Virus record (IMG/VR): IMGVR_UViG_3300027804_000052
Coordinates: 34,865-98,864 of that record
Source of the DNA: a virus
Direction: 5' to 3' (one strand)
DNA length: 64,000 nucleotides
In this document: positions 43,294-52,284 of the stretch, piece after piece
How positions within the stretch are numbered: the first letter of the stretch is position 1
Layout: every line of letters starts with the position of its first letter
Translations under genes and position numbers: made by a program
Notes under the pieces: model-generated
The model's input: only the letters and a program-made list of their open reading frames with translations
Databases searched by the model: none
Told to the model about the DNA's origin: nothing

Positions 43294-43993
43294 AAATAAC
43301 TTAGTAACAGTATTAAATAATGGTTATGTAAGACTTGTTGACCATATGGGTTCTGATTTATCTGTAGTAAATGCTGCTAGAGCTTCTTTTGCTAAAGAAA
43401 GTGAAAAGTTTTCTACCAGCGATGCGAGATTGATAGACTTTCTTGCAAGAGAAAATCACATGTCCCCATTTCGTCATGCGTTTATTACATTTGAATTTAA
43501 AGCTCCCTTAATGGTTGCTCGTCAACATTGGAAGTATGTTGTTGGCTCTGATCATACTATGGATTCATGGAACGAATCATCTAGAAGATACGTGACTATG
43601 GAACCAGAGTTTTATGTGCCACGCTCTAATCAGTGGCGTCTTGCTCCAGAAGATAAGAAACAAGGCTCTGCTGGATTGTGCGATCCATTTACTGGAGCTG
43701 CTTTATCTGAGCAGTTAATTAGATATATTGAACAGGGTGAGGCTTATTATAACCTTGCTATGGAATCTGGAATTGCTCCAGAGCAAGCAAGATTATTTTT
43801 ACCAGCCTACTCAATGCATGTAGTTTACAGATGGTCCTGCAGTCTTCAGTCTGCGTGTCTGTTCCTGGTTCAAAGACTAGAAGAGCAAGCACAAGAGGAA
43901 ATAAGAGATTACGCTGAAGCTGTTCTGCATCTAATTAAAGATCTGTACCCAGTATCAATTAAAGCTTTAGTTGGCAAGTACTCCTATGCTTAG
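43286..43993 (+). CDS. thyX: flavin-dependent thymidylate synthase
   Basis: VNAARASF, HMSPFRH, ARQHWKY...NESSRRY, EQARLFLP and AQEEIR. Confidence 0.92.
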   Translation: MSENNLVTVLNNGYVRLVDHMGSDLSVVNAARASFAKESEKFSTSDARLIDFLARENHMSPFRHAFITFEFKAPLMVARQHWKYVVGSDHTMDSWNESSRRYVTMEPEFYVPRSNQWRLAPEDKKQGSAGLCDPFTGAALSEQLIRYIEQGEAYYNLAMESGIAPEQARLFLPAYSMHVVYRWSCSLQSACLFLVQRLEEQAQEEIRDYAEAVLHLIKDLYPVSIKALVGKYSYA

Positions 43994-44150
43994 CATTGTT
44001 TATATTATATTGTATTCAGTTTTACTTAATTGGATGATAAGCTTATCTATACTGTTTCAAGTGTCAGAATCTAAAAATGTTAGACTAAGATCTGGTATAC
44101 TATTATTAATATCGGGAATAATTAGCGGGTATATAATTTACTTATTATGA
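43986..44150 (+). CDS. 54-aa two-helix membrane protein (not in the ORF track)
   Basis: Translated directly as MLSIVYIILYSVLLNWMISLSILFQVSESKNVRLRSGILLLISGIISGYIIYLL; fills the gap and overlaps both neighbours. Confidence 0.65.
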   Translation: MLSIVYIILYSVLLNWMISLSILFQVSESKNVRLRSGILLLISGIISGYIIYLL

Positions 44151-44605
44151 CTTACGGAGACTTAACTAGAAAAGATCTGCAGTATATGCAGATGTGTTAC
44201 AGTGCGGCAACTATTTTTTCTACGTGTGGAAAAAAGAAATACGCAGCTATATTGGTAGATGAATACGGTCATATTGTTGGCTTTGGCTACAATGGCGGAC
44301 CAAGTGGTTCTATTCATTGCGAAGATGGTGGATGTCCAAGATTTCAAGACATGTCACCAAGTGGATCCAGCTACGATAATTGTATAGCCATACACGCAGA
44401 AGCAAATGCATTTCTACATTCAGATTATAGTTCACAACCTAAAAAACTTTACGTTAATGGACCTCCGTGTTTAGGTTGTGCTAAGCTAATAGCTAATAGT
44501 ACAATAACAGATGTATACTATGTAACAGATAACGAATACCAAAACTGGGATTCCATTGAAATGTTTTTAAATACCGCAAAAGTAAGAACCCATAGGGTAA
44601 AATAA
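44147..44605 (+). CDS. dCMP deaminase
   Basis: Zn-dependent deaminase motifs GYNG, HAEANA and PCLGC. Confidence 0.9.
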   Translation: MTYGDLTRKDLQYMQMCYSAATIFSTCGKKKYAAILVDEYGHIVGFGYNGGPSGSIHCEDGGCPRFQDMSPSGSSYDNCIAIHAEANAFLHSDYSSQPKKLYVNGPPCLGCAKLIANSTITDVYYVTDNEYQNWDSIEMFLNTAKVRTHRVK

Positions 44606-44850
44606 TGGCTGCATCAAAAGTTAACTACGTAGTAATCTACGCCGGTCATAGCCAAGTTTATGGCTGCTCTTCAAAAAAAATTGCTCTAGAATCTGCCCCG
44701 CCAGAAGGGTGCTCACTAGAAGATAAAAAAGTTTTATTTATAACATTTGAACCAGACACTAATCAACTGTCAGTTTATAAGGTTGATGAAGAAGAGGTAC
44801 TTAATGCAGATATTAAAGAAAAAAAAGAGAAGAAAACAGAAAATGAGTAA
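44605..44850 (+). CDS. hypothetical protein
   Basis: Translationally coupled 81-aa ORF. Confidence 0.55.
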   Translation: MAASKVNYVVIYAGHSQVYGCSSKKIALESAPPEGCSLEDKKVLFITFEPDTNQLSVYKVDEEEVLNADIKEKKEKKTENE

Positions 44851-45076
44851 AGGGATAAAGAAAAAGGTATCCGTTAAACTAATGCCTGGGCAAGCTATTT
44901 TTGCTGCTGACATAGAAGTTCTGCAGCATATCGCTGAAACTTACATGTACCTTAGCCAATCTTCAGAAACAAATGAAGAAAAACAATCCTGGATATCTAT
45001 ATCAGAAGATGTAGTGAAATGGATGAATCAAACATATTACACAGGTCAGGACGATGGACAAGAAGAAGAATGGTGA
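44843..45076 (+). CDS. hypothetical protein
   Basis: ATG at 44843 overlaps the upstream gene end. Confidence 0.55.
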   Translation: MSKGIKKKVSVKLMPGQAIFAADIEVLQHIAETYMYLSQSSETNEEKQSWISISEDVVKWMNQTYYTGQDDGQEEEW

Positions 45077-45338
45077 AATTTTAGTTTTTCTTTTAGGCTG
45101 TTTTTCTATTGGTTTAATAGCTGGATCATTTACTAAAAACAAATTTAAAAAACACATTGCAAAAAATCAACTAAGCATAGCACACTATGTAAACAGACTT
45201 TCAGAGTTTGATTTAAGTTCCGATAAAGTTGGTTCTGAATTTTTTTTTGATCTAATGTCAAGTGGTTTTAGTGCACAGTTAGCTTTTGACATAGTACAAA
45301 AAGAATGTATTGAAATGGGAGAAAAATTTAATGATTGA
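45054..45338 (+). CDS. hypothetical protein with an N-terminal membrane anchor
   Basis: Hydrophobic segment ILVFLLGCFSIGLIAGSF. Confidence 0.5.
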   Translation: MDKKKNGEILVFLLGCFSIGLIAGSFTKNKFKKHIAKNQLSIAHYVNRLSEFDLSSDKVGSEFFFDLMSSGFSAQLAFDIVQKECIEMGEKFND

Positions 45339-46146
45339 TTTATGTGTAGTAAACTATAATACAAGACCACTATTGCAAAGATTTTTGGACACTCTGCATT
45401 CAGATATATATCGTCCAGATGGCGCGCTCGCAAAGAATTGGAACCTGTACATTACAGACAATGAATCTACAGATGACTTCATTCCATGGCTTAGAGAGAA
45501 CGAAGAAAAGTATTGGATTAATAGAACTTACCTTAGACAAAATATAGGCTACTCTGCTGCTATAAATAAAATGGCAAATACAAGTGGAGCAGAAATTATA
45601 GGAGTTTTAAACGGTGACGTTTGGATGACTAGTCAAGACTGTTTAAATATAGAAAAAATCTTTGCCAATAATCCCAACATACACATCCTTGGTCCAAAGC
45701 AAAGAGATGAAAACGGTTACATCACACATGCTGGAATTATCGGGAGCAACACTGCACCAAAACATAGAGGCTGGAGAGAGCACGATCCAGAAGATGTTTT
45801 ATATAAAGATCAAATTGAATGCGTTACAGTATCTGGATCGGCATATTTTGTAAGAAGAGATGTATGGGAAGATATGACAAACAATCCACAATACAGAGAA
45901 TTATATCCTGATGCAATAGGAGCTTTTCTTCCTACGCCACATTACTACGAAGAAACTTGGTGTTCCTATTTCGCAAGATACCTAGGCTACAACGTTGTGT
46001 ATGATGGCTCGGTTTCAATAGGGCACAGCTGGCACGCCTCTACTCCAAAGCCAGGTCAGGGAATAAGTCATGCTGACAGATACTTTCCTATTTCAAGAGA
46101 AATATTTAGAAAAGCATGTGATCACATAGGTATAGAAAGAGATTAG
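45331..46146 (+). CDS. GT2-family glycosyltransferase
   Basis: VVNYNT, DNESTD, NIGYSAAIN, LNGD, VSGSAYFVRR and YYEET (GT-A, rhamnosyltransferase-like pattern). Confidence 0.85.
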   Translation: MIDLCVVNYNTRPLLQRFLDTLHSDIYRPDGALAKNWNLYITDNESTDDFIPWLRENEEKYWINRTYLRQNIGYSAAINKMANTSGAEIIGVLNGDVWMTSQDCLNIEKIFANNPNIHILGPKQRDENGYITHAGIIGSNTAPKHRGWREHDPEDVLYKDQIECVTVSGSAYFVRRDVWEDMTNNPQYRELYPDAIGAFLPTPHYYEETWCSYFARYLGYNVVYDGSVSIGHSWHASTPKPGQGISHADRYFPISREIFRKACDHIGIERD

Positions 46147-46147
46147 A

Positions 46148-46546
46148 ATGAGTGATGAAAAAAACGTATACTACTACAACGCACAAGTTAAAAAAATTAT
46201 TGACGGCGATACTTTTGATATCGTCATTGATCTGGGCTTTGATACTCTTCGTAAAGGTAGGGTTCGCTTATATGGCGTCAATACTCCAGAAAGCAGAACT
46301 TCAAATATAGAAGAAAAAAAACAAGGCTTAGCGGCAAAAGAGTTTACCGATCAATGGATTACAAAAGCAGAACATTGGATAAAAATAGAAACTATTTTAG
46401 ATAAAAATGAAAAATATGGCAGAATCTTAGCTCGTGTTTGGGACAATAATGGAAACTGTTTAAATACAGACATAGTTGCCGCAGGACTTGCAAGAGAATA
46501 CTATGGGGTTGGCGACAAAACTTGGACCGAATTTAAGAAAGCTTAA
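46148..46546 (+). CDS. thermonuclease (SNase-like)
   Basis: IIDGDTFD, RVRLYGVNTPE, EKYGRILA and GLAREY. Confidence 0.9.
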   Translation: MSDEKNVYYYNAQVKKIIDGDTFDIVIDLGFDTLRKGRVRLYGVNTPESRTSNIEEKKQGLAAKEFTDQWITKAEHWIKIETILDKNEKYGRILARVWDNNGNCLNTDIVAAGLAREYYGVGDKTWTEFKKA

Positions 46547-46552
46547 TATCAA

Positions 46553-47749
46553 ATGCTTGTCAGCGAGTTAGATATTCCTTTTGTTAAAAATACATATACC
46601 AGATTTGAGCAAAGAGAAGAAACATTTTCTTTACGAGAGCAAACTTGGATAGGTAAAAATAATATAGGTTACGTACTCTTTAGACATGAAGATATTAATA
46701 ATATATTAAAAGATAGTCGCTGGCATACAGCTATAGGATTGCTTGCTGAGCTAAATAACAATCTTCCTGTAGAATTTAAACAGAGAAGAAAAAAGGGTTT
46801 AATGGCCCTTAATGGTGAAGCTCATTCTAGATTAAAAAAATTAGTAATGCCAGCTTTTACAGCTAAGCACTCTGATAACCTTAGACCTTTTATGGTTTCA
46901 TTAATGAGTGAATTAATTGACTCATTAGACGGTAAAAGTACAGTAGATCTACAAAAAGATATCTTTAATTATTATCCAATACCAATTTTGTGTAAGTTAT
47001 TTGGTATACCAGACGCTGATTGGAAGATGTTTAGCGATTGGTCTCATCTAATGTTTAATATCTTTAATCTAAATGGAGAAATTAATCATGATAAAGTCTC
47101 TGTCGCACAAAAAGAATTTGATGAATATACTTCTAATTTAATTAATGAGAAAAGAAAAAATCTAACAGATGATCTTTTATCTAGTTTAATTATTTCAGAA
47201 GAAAACGGAGACAAATTGTCTACCGAAGAACTAACAATGTTGATTGAAATCATCATTGCTAGTGGAATAGACACAACTCGTTGTCAGTTAGGTCTTTCTT
47301 CTAAAACTATTTTAGAAAATAATTTAGAAAAAAATAATATTAAAGAATCTTTAGATGATGTAATCAGACATGATTCCGTTTTAAGAGGCACAGTTAGAAT
47401 AGCTTCAGAGGATATTGTTTATAATAATGTTTTATTTCCTAAGGGAACCTTAGTATATTTAAATGTTGTTTCAGGAAACTTTGATCCAAAAGTTTTTTTT
47501 GAACCAAATTTAATTATAGAAAAAAGAAGCGATATAGCTAAAACACTTTCTTTTGGTTCCGGCTTACACTATTGCCTAGGTCACGCTTTGGCAAAAGCAG
47601 AAATAGAAGAGGGTTTAAAGGTGTTATTTGGTAGATTAGCTGGTAGAATAACCTCATGGGAAGCAGTAAGCCTTCCTGTTACTTCAGTAATCAACGGATT
47701 AGAATCATTAAAGGTTGAATTAAATGCAAACATTTCTACCATATCCTGA
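46553..47749 (+). CDS. cytochrome P450
   Basis: HSRLKKLV, I-helix ASGIDTT, K-helix DDVIR (ExxR variant) and heme motif FGSGLHYCLG. Confidence 0.92.
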   Translation: MLVSELDIPFVKNTYTRFEQREETFSLREQTWIGKNNIGYVLFRHEDINNILKDSRWHTAIGLLAELNNNLPVEFKQRRKKGLMALNGEAHSRLKKLVMPAFTAKHSDNLRPFMVSLMSELIDSLDGKSTVDLQKDIFNYYPIPILCKLFGIPDADWKMFSDWSHLMFNIFNLNGEINHDKVSVAQKEFDEYTSNLINEKRKNLTDDLLSSLIISEENGDKLSTEELTMLIEIIIASGIDTTRCQLGLSSKTILENNLEKNNIKESLDDVIRHDSVLRGTVRIASEDIVYNNVLFPKGTLVYLNVVSGNFDPKVFFEPNLIIEKRSDIAKTLSFGSGLHYCLGHALAKAEIEEGLKVLFGRLAGRITSWEAVSLPVTSVINGLESLKVELNANISTIS

Positions 47750-48128
47750 CTTTATACAATCAGTTAAAGTGTTAGATTATCGTCGGCTAGGAAAGCAAAG
47801 AGTAGAAACCTTTCAAGTCCTTAATATTCTTTTAGATAGAACACCTACTAAAGGTTGGCGCAATCATCCAGTTACCCGAATGTGGACAGGTCACGAAGAA
47901 GCCTTAAAGCTCTATCAAAATTTTACCATTTTAGAATGGATAGATAGAGGTTATAAAAACACAATGAAGTTTGAAACCGTTGATCATTCCAGTATAATTT
48001 ATCCAACCTGGTTTGGTGACGATAGTTTTCATAAGTCGCATAGATCCAATCTGCTTAGAAAAGATTATGAATATTACTCTCAATACTTTGACGAACCAGC
48101 AGATCTAGAGTATCATTGGCCAGTATGA
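47724..48128 (+). CDS. MSMEG_6728-like protein (pyrimidine-dimer DNA glycosylase/DenV-related superfamily)
   Basis: MQTFLPY, LDYRRLGKQRVE, GWRNHPVTRMW and HKSHRSNLLRKD. Confidence 0.8.
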   Translation: MQTFLPYPDFIQSVKVLDYRRLGKQRVETFQVLNILLDRTPTKGWRNHPVTRMWTGHEEALKLYQNFTILEWIDRGYKNTMKFETVDHSSIIYPTWFGDDSFHKSHRSNLLRKDYEYYSQYFDEPADLEYHWPV

Positions 48129-48529
48129 GTATTGCAGTTTATCTAGCTGGAGCTATGGATTATGTTGGTGACTACGCAAAAGGTTGGCGTAAGTCTGCAA
48201 CGGAAGCTTTAGAGTTTTTGGGCTATAAAGTTTACGATCCAACCTCCATACCCGAAGACCCAAATATGTCACCAGATGAAATCGCACAAAAAAATCTTTT
48301 TATGCAGAAGAAATCAGACATTATGCTGGTAGAATACATGCTAGAAGATAGAGCGTATATAGGAACCGATTTTGAAATGGCTTGGGCCAAACTTCATTAT
48401 CAGCCAACTGTAGTAATGTGCTCTAATCAAAATAAAGATCGACCATATATGAAATATATGGCCACAAAGCTTGCAGATAACCTGCAAGATGCTATAGAAT
48501 ATATAGCAGTCCATTATCCAACTAATTAA
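48125..48529 (+). CDS. nucleoside 2-deoxyribosyltransferase-like protein
   Basis: VYLAGAM...W, YDPT and GTDFEMAWA pattern. Confidence 0.7.
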   Translation: MSIAVYLAGAMDYVGDYAKGWRKSATEALEFLGYKVYDPTSIPEDPNMSPDEIAQKNLFMQKKSDIMLVEYMLEDRAYIGTDFEMAWAKLHYQPTVVMCSNQNKDRPYMKYMATKLADNLQDAIEYIAVHYPTN

Positions 48530-48544
48530 CAAAAGGAATAAAAA

Positions 48545-48727
48545 ATGTCAGAGAACAAGTTTAAGTACTTTACTGTCACCACAACCACATTGGTTAAGGC
48601 TAACAGTAAGACCGATGCCCAGAAGCTTGCAATGGGTCGCCGTGGTGTCACCGGTGAAGTAATGTTCAAGGATGTTGAAATTGAGCGAATCTCTGCTGTA
48701 GAGGCTCGCGAGCAAATCATCGCCTAA
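48545..48727 (+). CDS. small protein homologous to the N-terminal domain of the metallophosphoesterase at 19018
   Basis: RBS AAAGGA, followed by a terminator; shares the KYF..VKA..A..G..GEV..V.I..S..EA pattern. Confidence 0.7.
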   Translation: MSENKFKYFTVTTTTLVKANSKTDAQKLAMGRRGVTGEVMFKDVEIERISAVEAREQIIA

Positions 48728-48743
48728 TTGTAGTATTGTCCTG

Positions 48744-48779
48744 TGAAGGGGGGTCCTTAATTGGTCCCCCCTTCATTTT
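48744..48779 (+). terminator. rho-independent terminator
   Basis: TGAAGGGGGG...CCCCCCTTCA stem followed by TTTT. Confidence 0.8.
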
Positions 48780-48795
48780 ATAGAAAGATAAGCAT

Positions 48796-49488
48796 ATGAT
48801 TTATGCACAAATGGTAGGAAGAAATGAATCTTCCAGATTTTTAGAATCAGTTCTAGAAAGACTATCTACTCAGGTAGATAAAATTATTTTTACTGACGAC
48901 TGTTCAACAGATAATACTCCAGAAATAGCTGCAAAGTATGCAGAGGTTTTTAGCACGCCAGAGCCAATGTTTACCACTCACGAGGGTCGACTTAGAGCTT
49001 TTGCCTGGGGAAATCTAGAGAACTTTGCAAAGCCTGGTGACTGGGTTTTAGCTATAGACTGTGACGAAAAGTTGTATCATGTTGACGACTTGGAGATCAA
49101 ATCAGTTTTAGCTAAGTCTGAATTTGATGTTGTTAACATCCGTTTTTATCACATGTGGAATGAAACCCATTATCGAGTTGATAAGTTATGGGCACCAAAT
49201 AATTCATCTAGAATGTTTAGATTTCAAGAGGGCGCAGGCTTTCAAAACAAAGCCCTTGCCTGTGGATCTGAGCCAACATATGTTCCAAAGTGGATCCAGC
49301 AAAGAAATTACTGGAGAGATTCAGGACTAGTTATGCAGCACCTGGGATATACTCACGACGAAGACAAGCAATCTAAGTATGAAAGATACTCCACTCTAGA
49401 CGGTGGACAGTTTCATGCTTTAAATCATATTAATTCTATTATAGATCCTAATCCAGTATTAATTCAATGGGGAAACTTTGGTATTTGA
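48796..49488 (+). CDS. GT2-family glycosyltransferase
   Basis: RNES, TDDCSTDNT, WVLAIDCDE and QHLGY. Confidence 0.85.
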   Translation: MIYAQMVGRNESSRFLESVLERLSTQVDKIIFTDDCSTDNTPEIAAKYAEVFSTPEPMFTTHEGRLRAFAWGNLENFAKPGDWVLAIDCDEKLYHVDDLEIKSVLAKSEFDVVNIRFYHMWNETHYRVDKLWAPNNSSRMFRFQEGAGFQNKALACGSEPTYVPKWIQQRNYWRDSGLVMQHLGYTHDEDKQSKYERYSTLDGGQFHALNHINSIIDPNPVLIQWGNFGI

Positions 49489-49489
49489 A

Positions 49490-50203
49490 ATGAAAGACAA
49501 TAGCCTAATACTAGATCCAGTCAAGTCAATTATAGATTTAACCTACAGACTTGAACAGAAGAAGAAGTTTGCCTATGTGAACATATCTCGTTCTGCGCTA
49601 AACCTAATGTTACATAATAGCGACAAGAAGCCCCCTAAGTACTTCGTTAAGTCCTTAACAAAGTGCATGGCAATTCAAGATCCGAACTTTCTAAAAGCAG
49701 TTCCTCTTGAATTTCTTGAGGAAATTGAGTCTGGTAAACTATCGGAGTTTGGCCTACAAAAAGATGGCAATTACTATGATGCTGGAATGTTTGAGCATTT
49801 TTTTGCAAACAAAAAAGAAGTAGTAGATATATTTATTAATCATTACATTAGGGAGTCAAAGAATGTCGTTTTATCTTTTCATGATAAAAAAACTGTTCAA
49901 AAAGTTTTTGGGCAGAACCAATATGTAGTTTCTGTTCCATACAATAACTACTACGATAAGCTTGATCCAATTGCTGCTCAACTTTCAGAGTTTGAAGGTG
50001 GAGTAGATAGCTGTATTCTAGATTGCCCAATGCTTGCAACGGCAATAGCTCCAAAGTTATGGGAAAATTTAGATATGTCTATTCTTGATTTTGGAAAAAT
50101 AATTAGTTCAGTTAGATTTCAAGCACTGCAGAACGCAGAAAAAGAAAAAACAGAAGCAGATAACAAAAAGAAGTTTTACAAAAAGCGTAATGAAAAAAGA
50201 TAA
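49490..50203 (+). CDS. hypothetical protein, possibly glycosyltransferase-related (GT-D-like)
   Basis: Adjacent to a GT2 gene; the C-terminal ILDCPMLA...SILDFG weakly recalls the GT-D fold. Confidence 0.35.
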   Translation: MKDNSLILDPVKSIIDLTYRLEQKKKFAYVNISRSALNLMLHNSDKKPPKYFVKSLTKCMAIQDPNFLKAVPLEFLEEIESGKLSEFGLQKDGNYYDAGMFEHFFANKKEVVDIFINHYIRESKNVVLSFHDKKTVQKVFGQNQYVVSVPYNNYYDKLDPIAAQLSEFEGGVDSCILDCPMLATAIAPKLWENLDMSILDFGKIISSVRFQALQNAEKEKTEADNKKKFYKKRNEKR

Positions 50204-50843
50204 TTGGGACGAAGAAGTAGACAACACAGAATACATGGTTGATCTACTATTTGATACCTCATTAAGCTTAAGTGAAATATCTAAAGAGGTTGGATGGCCT
50301 TTAGCTAAGGTAAATCAAAAGATTAATCAACTTGGTTTATCTTGGCTAAAGAACTCCAGAAAGAAAATGTCAAGAGGCCAGACTGCACTGACTGCTATTA
50401 TGCAAAAACTTCTCCCTAGTGAAAAGATTATTAATGAATATGTTCTAGGGGATAAACTTAGATTAGACGTTTACTGTCCGTCGTATCAAGTAGGTGCAGA
50501 GTACCATGGTAGACAGCATTTTTTTTATACTGCAAAGTTTTTTGATTCTAAATATGACTTTGAAGAAGCGCAAAAAAGAGATCAAAAAAAGATAGAACTT
50601 TGCAAAGAAATGGGTATAGCCTTGATAATCTTTCGCTACAATGACATGCTTACGGAACAAGCTGTTTATGATAGACTATTAGATGCTATAAGAAACTCTC
50701 CTTTAAAAAAAGAAGAGAAGCAAAAGAATTCTTTTTATAGCAGTAAGGCTTACTTAGACTCTAAGAAGCGTCGTTCTGAACTTAGAAAAAAAGCATACAG
50801 AGAATTAAAGCAGCAGAGAAAAAACAATAATGGAAAAACCTGA
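50190..50843 (+). CDS. HTH plus Vsr/DUF559-like endonuclease-domain protein
   Basis: HTH SLSEISKEVGW; nuclease-like LRLDVY...AEYHGRQH...RDQKKIELCKEMGI. Confidence 0.7.
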   Translation: MKKDNWDEEVDNTEYMVDLLFDTSLSLSEISKEVGWPLAKVNQKINQLGLSWLKNSRKKMSRGQTALTAIMQKLLPSEKIINEYVLGDKLRLDVYCPSYQVGAEYHGRQHFFYTAKFFDSKYDFEEAQKRDQKKIELCKEMGIALIIFRYNDMLTEQAVYDRLLDAIRNSPLKKEEKQKNSFYSSKAYLDSKKRRSELRKKAYRELKQQRKNNNGKT

Positions 50844-52284
50844 AGATAATCAAGATATTCCAATCGAGTATCAAGTATTTGCCCTTTCTCTAAGACAAGA
50901 GGGGGCTATTACTCATTTTGCAGAGAACTTGCCAGAAGATATCGTTGGCATTAACCACGGGCAAAAGGGTATACATGAATTTTACTTAGCTCTTTTGGCC
51001 TATAGAACTGCAACTCAACTAGAGATAGTGGACCCGGTAGGTTTTAAAGACTGGTTAGGCTCAGAAACAGATATAAGAGAAGCTCTTGGCGGAACAGCCG
51101 GAGTAGATATCATGATGGATGTTTTACTTTCTCTAGATCTTTCCACTGTAGATTCTGTAGTTCAACTTATTAAGCATAAGGCAAACAAAAAGAAACAGAT
51201 TGACTATCTTCATGAATTGCAAGTAATTCTAAATCAAAAAGGTGTTAAGTCAGATAAAGATTTAGCTAGAATATCTTTAATTACATCAGAGATAAGAGAG
51301 TTAGAAAATCAGTTAAACTATGATCCACTGGAAAAGTTAACTACAGCTATCGATATTTCCAATAGAGCAGAATCTCTGTTAGATATTCCAAGTTTTGTTC
51401 CAACGCAGTTTAAATCCTTAAATAGAGCTATGGGTTATACTGATGATGGAGGCTTTTACAAAGGCGCTGTACATGCTGTCATAGCCCCATCTGGAAAAGG
51501 TAAGAGTACATTTGCAAAGTGCCTAGCTAATAACTGGGTAGAAAATGGGCATACTGTTCTTTACGTTAACTTTGAAGAAGCTGTTGGTCACTGGGAAAGA
51601 ATTCTCATGACACAGATCATAGGAAAGAACGTTTATGCAGAAGCGGAAAGATGGACGCCAAGCGAACGAGAAAAGTATCTTGGAATATTTAGGGAAAAGC
51701 TAGCTAAGTGGGGTAACCGCTTAATGGTTAGACACGATCCAGAAACTCCTTACTTTGAAGATCTTGAAAGATGGCTAAGAGATATTATTGACTATGCTGA
51801 AACCCCTGAGATTGTTATCATAGATACCATACAATCAATGTTCACTAAAGGTGGCAAGGGTAAGCCTAGATGGGGTGAGTTTGAAGAGATGATGGTAAAG
51901 CTAGAAAAGCTAGCTAGAGATATGAATTGCGTTTTGATTATTACAGCTCAGGAAAACTCAAATAGAATGAAAGAAAAGAGAGAAGTCGTCCAACAATCGG
52001 ATACTGGTGGATCTCTTGCAATTCAACAAAAGTGCGCCGTAACAATTTTCATTACTGAAAAGAAACTAATAAGTGGAGATGACTCAGAAGATGAAAATAT
52101 TATGCAGCTGCAAATACCAAAGAACAGAATTACTGGATCTAGCTTTGTTTACAATCCACCACTTGTAAAGTATGTTGATTCAAGAAAAGCTTATGAAGAA
52201 TATGAACCAGTTAATCAGGAAGATTATGATGACACTAGTTCACTCTTAGACGATCTATTAGATGATGAGGATTTTGACATATGA
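50830..52284 (+). CDS. DnaB-like replicative helicase
   Basis: Walker A APSGKGKST, VNFEE, IIDTIQ, TAQEN and PKNR. Confidence 0.85.
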   Translation: MEKPEDNQDIPIEYQVFALSLRQEGAITHFAENLPEDIVGINHGQKGIHEFYLALLAYRTATQLEIVDPVGFKDWLGSETDIREALGGTAGVDIMMDVLLSLDLSTVDSVVQLIKHKANKKKQIDYLHELQVILNQKGVKSDKDLARISLITSEIRELENQLNYDPLEKLTTAIDISNRAESLLDIPSFVPTQFKSLNRAMGYTDDGGFYKGAVHAVIAPSGKGKSTFAKCLANNWVENGHTVLYVNFEEAVGHWERILMTQIIGKNVYAEAERWTPSEREKYLGIFREKLAKWGNRLMVRHDPETPYFEDLERWLRDIIDYAETPEIVIIDTIQSMFTKGGKGKPRWGEFEEMMVKLEKLARDMNCVLIITAQENSNRMKEKREVVQQSDTGGSLAIQQKCAVTIFITEKKLISGDDSEDENIMQLQIPKNRITGSSFVYNPPLVKYVDSRKAYEEYEPVNQEDYDDTSSLLDDLLDDEDFDI

